In this document: positions 1 through 10,100 of the stretch, one piece after another
How the letters are laid out: each line of letters opens with the position of its first letter
Position numbering within the stretch: position 1 is the stretch's first letter
Origin: a virus
Strand: one strand, 5' to 3'
IMG/VR virus record: IMGVR_UViG_3300011115_000879
Location: 64,001-128,000 of that record
Length of the DNA: 64,000 nucleotides
Program-made: the position numbers and the translations under genes
Notes under the pieces: generated by a model
What the model saw: the letters and a program-made list of their open reading frames with translations, nothing else
What the model was told of the DNA's origin: nothing
Database searches by the model: none

Positions 1-1
1 T

Positions 2-622
2 TATCTATTTGATAATATGGGGTTCTTTTACGACACCAGAAATTTTCTTTTCATGATAAATAGTAGCCCAGATAGTTTTAGTAGAAAACCATCTCCTGCT
101 TTTTTTGAAATATATGATACTCTCACACCTTTTACTAAATACAATTATACTTCTACATATAGTCAAATACCACCATTATTTATAACGGCATCTGCTAATA
201 GTATAGTATTTGATCCAACAGCCCAATCTTTAATTAATAGTGATGCTATATTCACACCATCATCTCCTGCTAATAATTATTATTCACCTGTAGTAGATTA
301 TTTTGGAATACAAAAACAAGATTTATTAAGAGTAGGACAATTTAATAATCCAAACCCCGTATATTACGAAGTATTAAATACATATACGGCTTCTGGACAA
401 ACTTATGCTACATTAGATAGAACAATAGATACTGGATCTTTTAACAATGCTCAAAGTTTTGCTATTTTAAGACCAAAACCAAATGAAACATCTGTAATTA
501 TAAATTATAGAAAACAACTTGGAGATGTATCACAAACTATATTAATTCCATATGACGCAAATGATACAATAAAAAATAGCGTAGGTAATATATTTAAAAC
601 ACTTAATACTAATTTAAAATAA
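2..622 (+). CDS. Virion/baseplate-associated protein, C-terminal part (5' truncated)
   Basis: Frame is open from position 2, upstream of the ORF-track ATG. S/T/N/Y-rich; TAATG overlap with the next gene; structural-gene context. Confidence 0.45.
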   Translation, partial: YLFDNMGFFYDTRNFLFMINSSPDSFSRKPSPAFFEIYDTLTPFTKYNYTSTYSQIPPLFITASANSIVFDPTAQSLINSDAIFTPSSPANNYYSPVVDYFGIQKQDLLRVGQFNNPNPVYYEVLNTYTASGQTYATLDRTIDTGSFNNAQSFAILRPKPNETSVIINYRKQLGDVSQTILIPYDANDTIKNSVGNIFKTLNTNLK

Positions 623-1263
623 TGCAGAGCTTATATTATACACCAAACTCACAAAGCTTAGAATTGCATGATGGGGGAAGTGACTCAACATTACTACAAA
701 CATGGAGTAATATCAGTAATGTAGCTATAACAGCTAGCGCATATGAAACTAGTGGATCTGATTTTGGAACAACATTAGGTAGTCTTAGAATATATGCTTA
801 TAGTGGTAGTGTATCTGTAGCTTCGTTTCCTATAGATAATACTAATTTATATTATCCCCCATTTCCTATTCCTAGTTCTACTTTAATTCCTACTATTATA
901 CCTACATCATCCGCTATTTTTATAGATCTAACTTATACTTTTACAGTACCTGACACTTTTACAGATGGACAATTAAGTGGAAGTGGATGTTCATTTATAT
1001 CAAATTCCTTAGTATATATAAGTGAAAGTTATTACAATAATGAAGGGGGAATCTCCATAGCATCAGGAAGTAGTTATTTAGTAAATATATATGGTAGCGG
1101 AAGTTATTATTTTACAGCACTAACTATAAACGATATTACTTACGGAACTAATGTAGTAGACATATCTAATATTAATGATTCATCATCATACACCTTCACA
1201 CCAGAAGCATTTCATAGTTATCAAGCGACATTTGCTATAACAGATCTATCTGGACTTTCATAA
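622..1263 (+). CDS. Ser/Thr-rich putative virion structural protein
   Basis: 213 aa, almost no Lys/Arg, many SGS motifs like other surface proteins in the window. Confidence 0.45.
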   Translation: MQSLYYTPNSQSLELHDGGSDSTLLQTWSNISNVAITASAYETSGSDFGTTLGSLRIYAYSGSVSVASFPIDNTNLYYPPFPIPSSTLIPTIIPTSSAIFIDLTYTFTVPDTFTDGQLSGSGCSFISNSLVYISESYYNNEGGISIASGSSYLVNIYGSGSYYFTALTINDITYGTNVVDISNINDSSSYTFTPEAFHSYQATFAITDLSGLS

Positions 1264-1312
1264 TTAGAATTAAATTTTAATATATTTATAGTATATACAA
1301 TAAACATTAAAC

Positions 1313-1969
1313 ATGGCAATATTAAATCCTACAACAGTAACCGTAGACGCAGTTTTAACTACAAAGGGTCGTGAATTATTGGCTCGTAATGACGGATCAT
1401 TTCAAATAACACAATTTTCATTAGCAGATGATGAAATTGATTATACACTATATAATCCTTCTCACCCATCAGGTTCAGCATTTTATGGTGAAGCAATTGA
1501 GAATATGCCTGTAATTCAAGCATTTCCTAATGATACACAAATCATGCGTTACAAATTAGTAACACTTCCTCGTGGTACATCTCGTATGCCTGTTATCAGT
1601 TTAGGTTCTACTTTAATTACACTTAAACAAGGTGCTTCATTAACAATTACTCCACAAACACTTAATTATTTAGGTGCTACAAGTACATTCGAAGCTAATG
1701 GATATGTAGCTACAATAGCTGATATTAGATTATTATCATCATTTACAGGCACAGGCATTACTGCAACAACAGTTGGTAATCAAAATTTAAATACAACAAC
1801 TGGTGCTGTATTATCTAAATCAGCATTAGGTACATCATTTACTATAACTGGAACAACTGTTAATACATTATTTGGTTCTTCATTAACAACATTAGCTACT
1901 ACAATTACAGTAATTGGTAGAGATAGTGGTGCTAGAATTACTATTCCTATTAATATTACAAAAGCATAA
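1313..1969 (+). CDS. Putative baseplate wedge / fibre-attachment protein
   Basis: N-terminal DAVLTTKGRELLA...FSLADDEIDY resembles the LTxxGxxxxA start of baseplate/tail-collar proteins; Thr-rich beta C-terminus. Confidence 0.5.
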   Translation: MAILNPTTVTVDAVLTTKGRELLARNDGSFQITQFSLADDEIDYTLYNPSHPSGSAFYGEAIENMPVIQAFPNDTQIMRYKLVTLPRGTSRMPVISLGSTLITLKQGASLTITPQTLNYLGATSTFEANGYVATIADIRLLSSFTGTGITATTVGNQNLNTTTGAVLSKSALGTSFTITGTTVNTLFGSSLTTLATTITVIGRDSGARITIPINITKA

Positions 1970-1982
1970 ACCAAAATAAAAT

Positions 1983-2954
1983 ATGTCATTTTCAAGATAT
2001 AATACTGAAGACTCAGTAATAAGTGCAGAAACCGTAGTTCGCCCAATGTGGACAAGTGATACCTACACTTTATCTACATTCGCTACAGCTAGTAACAGTA
2101 CTGAATATTACTTAGATGTGTATCAAACAGCATCTTCAGCTACTAATGCAGAAGTACAATTTGATATTCAATATGGTAATATTAAAGGATCAGGTTCAGC
2201 ACCTATAAATCCATCTATAGCTGGATATTCTCCATCTCGTACTGTTTATGGACAGTATAGAAACTTAGTTTTTGGAACTGAAAATACATACTTCAGTTTT
2301 GATAATTATGCTACAACAGCTAGTGATATATACGCCATTAATATATCTAGAAATAGGTATAAACAATCAATTCAACCTGGTACATTTAATTTAACTTTAG
2401 CAAGTGGAAGTGCTACTATTAAATTAACAGATGATAGTAATACAACTTCATTAACTAGATTTATTGGTGAAAATAAAGTATATTATATAATTAGTGGAAG
2501 TAATGGTAATGCTTATACAAGTAGTGCTTCTACAACATATTATGGTGTAATGTTACCTGATTTAGGAGTAATTATATTGAATGCATCTGGAACATTAAGT
2601 CCATATATTCAAGCACCTTCTCAAGCAACAACAGCAGTATATAATCATACTAAATTATATGACTCTATTAGGTTAGGTACTAATTTTCAAGCACAATCAC
2701 AAGAAGTAATATCATCACGTTATTTCTTTACACGCGTTAAAAATAGTGAATTTAACTATACTTCAAATCCATCAATCATAGATGATAATGGTAATTTATT
2801 ATATACTACATTGATTGATAATCCTCAAACATACGTTACAACAGTAGGTATGTATAATGATAATAATGAATTAGTAGCAGTAGCTAAATTAAGTAAACCA
2901 TTAACTAAAGATTTCACAAAAGAGGCCCTAATTAGAATCAAATTAGATTATTAA
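1983..2954 (+). CDS. Putative baseplate protein
   Basis: C-terminal YVTTVGMYNDNNELVAVAKLSKP resembles the baseplate/tail-collar C-terminal motif; paralogous to the next gene. Confidence 0.55.
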   Translation: MSFSRYNTEDSVISAETVVRPMWTSDTYTLSTFATASNSTEYYLDVYQTASSATNAEVQFDIQYGNIKGSGSAPINPSIAGYSPSRTVYGQYRNLVFGTENTYFSFDNYATTASDIYAINISRNRYKQSIQPGTFNLTLASGSATIKLTDDSNTTSLTRFIGENKVYYIISGSNGNAYTSSASTTYYGVMLPDLGVIILNASGTLSPYIQAPSQATTAVYNHTKLYDSIRLGTNFQAQSQEVISSRYFFTRVKNSEFNYTSNPSIIDDNGNLLYTTLIDNPQTYVTTVGMYNDNNELVAVAKLSKPLTKDFTKEALIRIKLDY

Positions 2955-2957
2955 TGC

Positions 2958-3902
2958 ATGTCATCATTCAAAAGATTAAACAAGGCCGACGTTACAACAA
3001 CTCAATACGCTGCAAATAAGCGATGGGTATTTAACTATAATACAACACCGAACGATACTAGTATAGTTTATTACCAAGGTAAAAATGAACCATTCGTTAA
3101 GAATGGTTCTACTACTACCAACGGTGAATATCAATCTTTGATATTTGCTTCTATGAACCATATGTTCTATCAATCTTATAGTGGTAGTTTATTAAATACG
3201 GGTTCATTAATGTTTAATGTTGATACTTATGTATCTACATCTCAAAATAGACCAACTGCATTTTATTTTGACTATAACAGCAACCCATTACTAATCCAAA
3301 ATCTTCCTACTGCCTCTGGTAATACAATTGGTGTAATAAATGTTAATCATAATATATTTGGTACAAAAATACTACCATATAGTTTTAATATATCCTCTTC
3401 ACAAGTTAATATTATAGATGACGGAAACGGAAATTTATACGGACTATTAGCAGCCGGGTGGGATGATTATATATCTGGTAGTTATATAAGTGCTTCTTAT
3501 TTTGAAACAGGTAGCAATACTTCCTCCTCAATCCATGTTGGTAACATATTTTATGCTCACGGTATAGCAGTACTTACTAATCAATCAGGATTATATCAAA
3601 ATATATTATCTACATCATCATCTATATCATTTCAAAATGAACATATCATTTATGAAAATGAAGTACGATGTATAGTTAAAGAAAGTGATTATAATTTATC
3701 ATATAATCCAACTCTACTATCAGGTAGCTACACTACAGGCTCATTAAAAGACTTTGCAACAGGATCATCATTCTATCCATACGCCACAACAATCGGTTTA
3801 TATAACGATGATAATGAGCTGTTAATGGTAGCTAAATTGGGTAAACCAATAATGTTATCTCCTGATACTGATACAACATTTATAGTTAAATACGATACAT
3901 AG
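2958..3902 (+). CDS. Putative baseplate protein, paralogue of 1983..2954
   Basis: C-terminal YATTIGLYNDDNELLMVAKLGKP and YNLSYNPT align with the upstream gene (FNYTSNPS). Confidence 0.55.
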   Translation: MSSFKRLNKADVTTTQYAANKRWVFNYNTTPNDTSIVYYQGKNEPFVKNGSTTTNGEYQSLIFASMNHMFYQSYSGSLLNTGSLMFNVDTYVSTSQNRPTAFYFDYNSNPLLIQNLPTASGNTIGVINVNHNIFGTKILPYSFNISSSQVNIIDDGNGNLYGLLAAGWDDYISGSYISASYFETGSNTSSSIHVGNIFYAHGIAVLTNQSGLYQNILSTSSSISFQNEHIIYENEVRCIVKESDYNLSYNPTLLSGSYTTGSLKDFATGSSFYPYATTIGLYNDDNELLMVAKLGKPIMLSPDTDTTFIVKYDT

Positions 3903-3905
3903 TTT

Positions 3906-4343
3906 ATGAATAATTGGTTATATGAATACATCCCACTACAGGATGACTTTACAACAGACAATTACGGTTTTATTTATAAAATCACTAATATAGAGACAAA
4001 TAAATTCTACATTGGTAGAAAATCATTTGTCCATAACAAGAAGAAAAAACTCACTAAAAAAGAATTAGCCGAACAACCTATAGCACGTGGTCGTAAACCA
4101 ACTACTAAAGTAGAACAAGTCGACAGCGGCTGGCGTGATTATTGGGGTTCATCTAAAGAATTATTAGCTGATGTTAAATTATTAGGTAAAGATAAATTCG
4201 AACGTGAAATATTAAAGTTCTGCCCTACTAAAAAGCAACTCACATTCTACGAAATACAATACCAAATCCAACACTCAGTACTATTTACTGAAAGCTACAA
4301 CGACAACATAGGAGGTAAATACTTCCGTAAAGACTTTGTATAG
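3906..4343 (+). CDS. GIY-YIG family endonuclease (short, T4 EndoII/Seg-like)
   Basis: GFIYKIT...FYIGRK, YWGSS, conserved Glu (FYEIQ) and YN motif. Confidence 0.8.
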   Translation: MNNWLYEYIPLQDDFTTDNYGFIYKITNIETNKFYIGRKSFVHNKKKKLTKKELAEQPIARGRKPTTKVEQVDSGWRDYWGSSKELLADVKLLGKDKFEREILKFCPTKKQLTFYEIQYQIQHSVLFTESYNDNIGGKYFRKDFV

Positions 4344-4365
4344 GCAAAACAACTTCGTATATTGA
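4335..4365 (+). promoter_or_regulatory. Bacteroidota-type promoter candidate
   Basis: TTTG-N19-TATATTGA, close to the Bacteroidota consensus TTTG-N19-21-TAnnTTTG; shares CTTCGTA with the site at 21176. Confidence 0.45.
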
Positions 4366-4369
4366 GGTT

Positions 4370-5308
4370 ATGGAAAATGCTGCTCTATTAATTTTATTGG
4401 AATCTATATTAGGACAGGGTAGTAAGACTAGTCGGGGCAATTATTCATTTAAATGTCCGTTTTGTACTCATCATAAAAATAAAATGGAAATCAATTGCAT
4501 AACAAACGCAAAAAAAGAGAATCCATGGCATTGTTGGGTGTGTGAAGCTAAAGGTAAAACCATTAGATCTCTCCTTAAAGGCGCTAAAGTACCCGCCACT
4601 AAATTAGCAGAATTAAATATGATTATTGTTCCTAGTGGAACTGATTATAAACAAGATGTCACTGTATTAGCATTACCTAAAGAATTTATTCCATTAGTTA
4701 ATACAAATAAACTAAATAGATTAACACAAATAGACTCTAAACACGCCCTTCAGTTTCTAAAAACAAGAGGTATAACAGCTGATGATATAATAAAATATAA
4801 CATTGGATTTTGTAATGATGGTCCATATAAAGATAGAGTTATAATTCCTTCATATGATGAAAATGGAGTAATAAATTATTTTATTGCTCGCGCATATAAA
4901 GATGGAATGCAAAAATATAAAAATCCACCTACCGATGCAAAATCAGCAATAGGTTTAGAACTATACATAAACTGGGATGCTCCTATTATCCTTATTGAAG
5001 GTATGTTTGATGCACTAACAGTTAAACGCAACGTAATCCCATTATTTGGGAAAATTATTCACGAAAAATTAATGAAGAAGTTAGTAAGCTCCTCTGTCAA
5101 CAGAATTTACATTGCATTAGATCCGGATGCTATTAAAAATTCTTTAAAATATGCTCAAGAATTAATGACATATGGTAAAGATATTTACTTAGTAGAATTA
5201 GATGGTAAAGATGCAAATGAAATTGGATTTGAACGATTTTTAAACTGTATCGAACAAGCTCAACCTTTAGACTTTCAAAGCTTATTGATGAAAAAACTAC
5301 AATTATGA
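4370..5308 (+). CDS. DNA primase (Zn finger + TOPRIM)
   Basis: CPFC...HCWVC zinc-binding domain; RVIIP; IEGMFDA; ALDPDA; KDANE. Confidence 0.9.
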   Translation: MENAALLILLESILGQGSKTSRGNYSFKCPFCTHHKNKMEINCITNAKKENPWHCWVCEAKGKTIRSLLKGAKVPATKLAELNMIIVPSGTDYKQDVTVLALPKEFIPLVNTNKLNRLTQIDSKHALQFLKTRGITADDIIKYNIGFCNDGPYKDRVIIPSYDENGVINYFIARAYKDGMQKYKNPPTDAKSAIGLELYINWDAPIILIEGMFDALTVKRNVIPLFGKIIHEKLMKKLVSSSVNRIYIALDPDAIKNSLKYAQELMTYGKDIYLVELDGKDANEIGFERFLNCIEQAQPLDFQSLLMKKLQL

Positions 5309-6093
5309 TTATTGAAAGACATGCAAACATTATTAAGGACCCCAAAATCAAACGCCTTGTTGAATATAAGGAAGGGGACAAACAAGTTAATGTTTTAGAC
5401 AGCCGATTCTACAGCCGAGATGGTAAATACTATCCTTCCGTAACATCAGTACTAAACTATTTTCCTAAAAACCAATTTTTCCATTCTTGGTTAAAAGACG
5501 TTGGACACAATGCTGATATCATTGCTCAAAAAGCAGCTGGTGAAGGTACACAGGTTCACAACGCTATTGAAAGATTTATTAATGGAGAAGAAATTCAATG
5601 GATTGATGAGTTTGGTAAAGCTCAATACAATTTAGATGTTTGGAAAATGATATTAAAGTTTGCTGATTTCTGGAATACACATAAACCAGAATTAGTTGCA
5701 GCTGAATACCATGTGTTTTCAGACAATCATGAATATGCTGGTACAGCGGATTTGATTTGTAAAATTAAGGGTAAAATGTGGTTACTTGATATTAAAACAT
5801 CAAATTCACTACATACTAGCTATGGTTTACAATTATCAGCTTATGCTATGGCTTGGAGCGAAACACATAATACTCCTATCGAAGAAACAGGTGTATTGTG
5901 GTTAAAAGCTTCTACTCGCACTACTGGTAAAGAAGGTAAAATTCAAGGTAAAGGTTGGGAACTACGTTCATATGGTAATATAGCGTCAAGTTTTCAAATG
6001 TTTAAAAACATATACGAGATATATAAACTCGAAAACCCTGATTTTAAACCACATACTGAAATGTTACCTATTTCGGTTAAAATAACAGAATAA
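5305..6093 (+). CDS. PD-(D/E)XK exonuclease (Cas4/RecB-like phage exonuclease)
   Basis: YPSVTSVL, GTQVH, YAGTADL, LDIKTS, QLSAY motifs. Confidence 0.85.
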   Translation: MIIERHANIIKDPKIKRLVEYKEGDKQVNVLDSRFYSRDGKYYPSVTSVLNYFPKNQFFHSWLKDVGHNADIIAQKAAGEGTQVHNAIERFINGEEIQWIDEFGKAQYNLDVWKMILKFADFWNTHKPELVAAEYHVFSDNHEYAGTADLICKIKGKMWLLDIKTSNSLHTSYGLQLSAYAMAWSETHNTPIEETGVLWLKASTRTTGKEGKIQGKGWELRSYGNIASSFQMFKNIYEIYKLENPDFKPHTEMLPISVKITE

Positions 6094-6103
6094 TAATATT
6101 TAT

Positions 6104-6136
6104 AGGTGGCTTGACTAAGTTGAGCCACCTTTTTTA
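6104..6136 (+). terminator. Intrinsic terminator
   Basis: AGGTGGCTTGAC-TAA-GTTGAGCCACCT hairpin followed by a T-run. Confidence 0.85.
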
Positions 6137-6157
6137 TTATTATATTTATGTACAATT

Positions 6158-7129
6158 ATGATTAAACTAATAAGTATCGTTAAACAAATCCTATTAGAGG
6201 GTGGTAACGTATTTGGCACTACAGATTCAATTCAAAAAGCAAACATTGAACCTACAGTAGAAGTATTTAGAAGTCAATTATCTAAAATATTTCCTGCAAA
6301 AGCAGCATCCTTCAAATCATTTGAAAAATTAAGTTCAGCAGGTAAAAAAGATGTATCGGGTGATATTGATTTATCATACGATGTTAAAAATTTATTTCCT
6401 GGAGGTAAACCTGATTTTAAAGGTTGGGGTGTAGATGAAACAAAATACAACGAATTAGTAGCAAAATATACTAAAAGTTCTAGAACAGCATCACCTGAAA
6501 AAATTCAATTACGTGCAATGATTGTACTAATTGGAGAAAAAATTAATGATGCTTTAGAAGATGTTGAAGTAGATACCAAAGCCTCTGGTTCTGGATCTAT
6601 ATTTTGTGCTGTACCACAATACGGACCTGATGGTAAAAAATTAGGTAAAGCAGTTCAAACTGATATTAATATAGGTAATCCAGAATGGTTACGCTTTAGC
6701 TACTATTCTAACACATACTCAGGTAATGTTAAGGGATTACACCGTACACAACTTATGTTAGCTTTATTCTCAAATAAAGGTAGAACATTTGGTCATTCAA
6801 CTGGTGTTGTAGATAAAGAGACAGGAACACAAGAAGCAAAATCACCACAAGAAGCTATTAAATTATTAAATAAATTATATAATTTTAATATAACTCAAGA
6901 TATTTTAGATGATTATTTTAAATTAGAAGATTATATGAAGAAAAATCTATCTAAAGAAGAATATGGTTCTATTATGGATAGATATTTAAAAATATTAGAC
7001 TCAACACGAGCAGATATACCTGATAATCTACAACAATATTGGATTGACAATCAGGAAAGATTAGGATTGAAAGGTAAATTCTTACCGGATACATCTAACT
7101 TAATACCTCACCAAACCGAAAAAGCATAA
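6158..7129 (+). CDS. Pol-beta-like nucleotidyltransferase-fold protein with MIKL leader (putative internal head protein)
   Basis: LSSAGKKDVSGDIDL plus third Asp in VQTD; leader MIKLISIVKQILLE. Confidence 0.6.
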   Translation: MIKLISIVKQILLEGGNVFGTTDSIQKANIEPTVEVFRSQLSKIFPAKAASFKSFEKLSSAGKKDVSGDIDLSYDVKNLFPGGKPDFKGWGVDETKYNELVAKYTKSSRTASPEKIQLRAMIVLIGEKINDALEDVEVDTKASGSGSIFCAVPQYGPDGKKLGKAVQTDINIGNPEWLRFSYYSNTYSGNVKGLHRTQLMLALFSNKGRTFGHSTGVVDKETGTQEAKSPQEAIKLLNKLYNFNITQDILDDYFKLEDYMKKNLSKEEYGSIMDRYLKILDSTRADIPDNLQQYWIDNQERLGLKGKFLPDTSNLIPHQTEKA

Positions 7130-10100
7130 TGTCCGGATCAATAGGAGCAAATAGAATACCAAGATCAGCAGTTGAAGCTACACTTAAAGCCTATACTGAT
7201 AAAGTATTAAGGAAATTTCCTGGCTTTAAATCAGCTAAAATATCTGGCTCATATAATACTAGTGTAAAACCAGATCATGGTGATTTGGATTTAGTTATTC
7301 ATATTGAAGGAGACGAAACTGATAAGAAAATATTAAAGCAAAAATTTGCTGCTTTTCTTAACTCATTATCTGAAATTCCTCCATTTAAATCAGGACGCAA
7401 TGTTGGTAAAAAATCAGCAGGTACAGGTGATATAGTAATTACACAATTCCCTATTGAAGGATATCCAGACTTAACTGTACAGATTGACAATATGATTGTT
7501 ATGTCTGAACAAGAAAGTGACTATAGAAAAAGCTTTTTAGATTTACCGGCTGAAAAACAAGGTTTATTGGTTGGTTTAGCTAAAGCTATATTATTAGAAG
7601 AAAATCCACAAGATATATTTTCGCGTTTAGGTATCACAAATATACCTAAATTAGAGGATAATCAAGAATTTGAATTTAATTTATCAAATAAAGGATTAAC
7701 ATTACGTTTAGTTACATTGAGTGATAATTTTAAAGAAACAGGTAGAAACGAAATATGGACATCATTTAATTGGAGTGATGTAGAAAAACTATTTAAGAAC
7801 TATAATTTAAATGGAAGCTGGGAAGATTTATTAGATGATATAAAAAATAAATTACAAAATCCACGTTCTAAAAACCGTGTAAAAGGAGTATTTAATTCAC
7901 TAGTTGTAATAAATGCTGGTGAAGCTGGGACCCCAAAAGGTGATAATAAATTAAAAGCAAAAGAAAAAGTGAGTGCAACATTATCTGAAAATAATTTAGG
8001 ACGCTATTTAGTGTCTATGTTATTAGAACAAGAAGAAGAAACACAACCAACAATAGCAATATTTCCTGGTGCTTTTAAACCACCTCATAAAGGACACTTT
8101 GATGTAGTAGAACAACTATTAAAAGTATCTGATCAAGTAGTGGTACTAGTATCTCCTAAAACAAGAGATGGCATTACAGCAGATGAAAGTATGGCTGTAT
8201 GGAATTTATATAAAGCTAAATTAGATGGTTCTGTTGAAGTAAGAGTATCAGCAATTACCCCTATTAAAGAAACATATGACGTTGTAGCAGATAACCCAGA
8301 TACTGAATTTAGAGTAGCATTTGGTAAAGGTGAAATAGATCGTTACAAAACGATTGAAAAATATCCAAATGTAAAAATATTTGATGCTGGTGAAGTAGAA
8401 GGAGTAAGTGCAACAGGATTAAGAGCAGCTATCGTTAGCAAAAATGAAGAAAAAATTAAAGAATATCTACCAGAAGGAATTACTATAGAAGAATTCATGT
8501 CTGCTTTAAATAAACCAGTAGAAACATCAACAGCACCACCAGCTGAACCAGCACCCGCTGAACCAGCTCCTGCTGCACCAGAACAACCATTACAAGAATC
8601 ACCACCGCTTGAATTTGAACAAGACGATTATCAAGATTATGTATTACAAAATAGAAATAAAATAGAGAAAGCAGCGTATTTCTTTAATTTACCTATTAGT
8701 GATATGGAATATGCGTTTAATGCTGGTAAAGAAGTAGTATTATCTGATGATATGTGGTCTAAATTAGATAATAGCAAATCATATAAAATGAAAACATTAG
8801 ATGATGCTATTCAACACGCTCTAAAATTAGGTATTAATCCTAAACCATATATTGATTTTATTAAAGGCGGTAAGGAAATGCCTTTACCACTTGTGTTGTG
8901 TTATGCTCAAGACAAATATTATTTAGTTGGTGGAGAGATAGTATTATCATTATATAGAGCATTAGGTTCAATCCCTACAGTAATACAAGCTACATTAAAT
9001 TTAAAAATTAATTCACCATCGTATCCTGTAATGGTAAAGGAAGGTTTAATTAAAGAATATTCTGAAAGTCTAATTAAAAGATTAATACAAAAATATAAAA
9101 TAGAACAACCAGATTTATCTGATGAAGATATAAGAGCAGAAATATTAGAATTTGATAAAATAAAAGATAAATTAGATCCTACTAAACGAGATATAACTAA
9201 ATATGATTGGAGTACATTACAATCAACAATACAAGATAATAAATCAACTCGCATTAAAGCTGGTAAAGTTGATAAGAATAAGGTAGAAGGTGATGTTAAT
9301 TTAGTTTATAATAAGAATGGCATTAGAATATATAAAGCTGACTCTAAAAAAGCCTGTATTAAGTATGGTAATGGATATAGTTTCTGTATATCAGCTCGTG
9401 GAAGTGGTAATGCATTCGATACTTATAGATTTGGAGATGAAGATGAAGAACAAGATCCAGGATTACCGTATTTTGTATTTGATGATAATAAATCTTCTGC
9501 TAAAGATGAAAAAGATAAATTCATTGATCAGGAACATTTATTAGTTATATTCGCCCTAGAATATGGAGGATATGCAGTAACAAAAGCTAATAATGAGGGA
9601 GAAGATTGGTTTGAAACTTTTGATAAATTAGTATCTAAATATCCATATCTTAATGGATTAGAAAATACAATTAAATATGAAAATCCTGATAAAAAAATTA
9701 GTCTAGGTAGAGAATTTACTAAATATGTTGATAATAAAGCAACAGAATTGATAACTATCTGGCTGAATAAAAATAAGGATTTTTATCGAAAAGAATCGGC
9801 CTTTGCACCTAACTTTAATAACTTACCAAATAAAAGTAAACAATTTATTCAAGATATATTGGATGGAAAAAGAGTTATGTATAGCATAACAAATAAATCT
9901 CCATCTGGTAATGGTACTTCTATAATAACTACTAGTCCTGAAGAAGCACAAAAAGAATTAGAAAAATATATAAAAAAATCAGACGATAATTTTAATAACA
10001 ATATTTCATCTTTATCTATAGAAAAACAAAAAGACGTACTTGATTATTATCATAAATATCCATTTCATTTAGTACAAATCCCTATGAATCAATCTACAAT

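Noticed and set aside
5305-6093. cas4 of a CRISPR system
   Set aside because: Stand-alone nuclease beside a primase, with no array or other cas genes.
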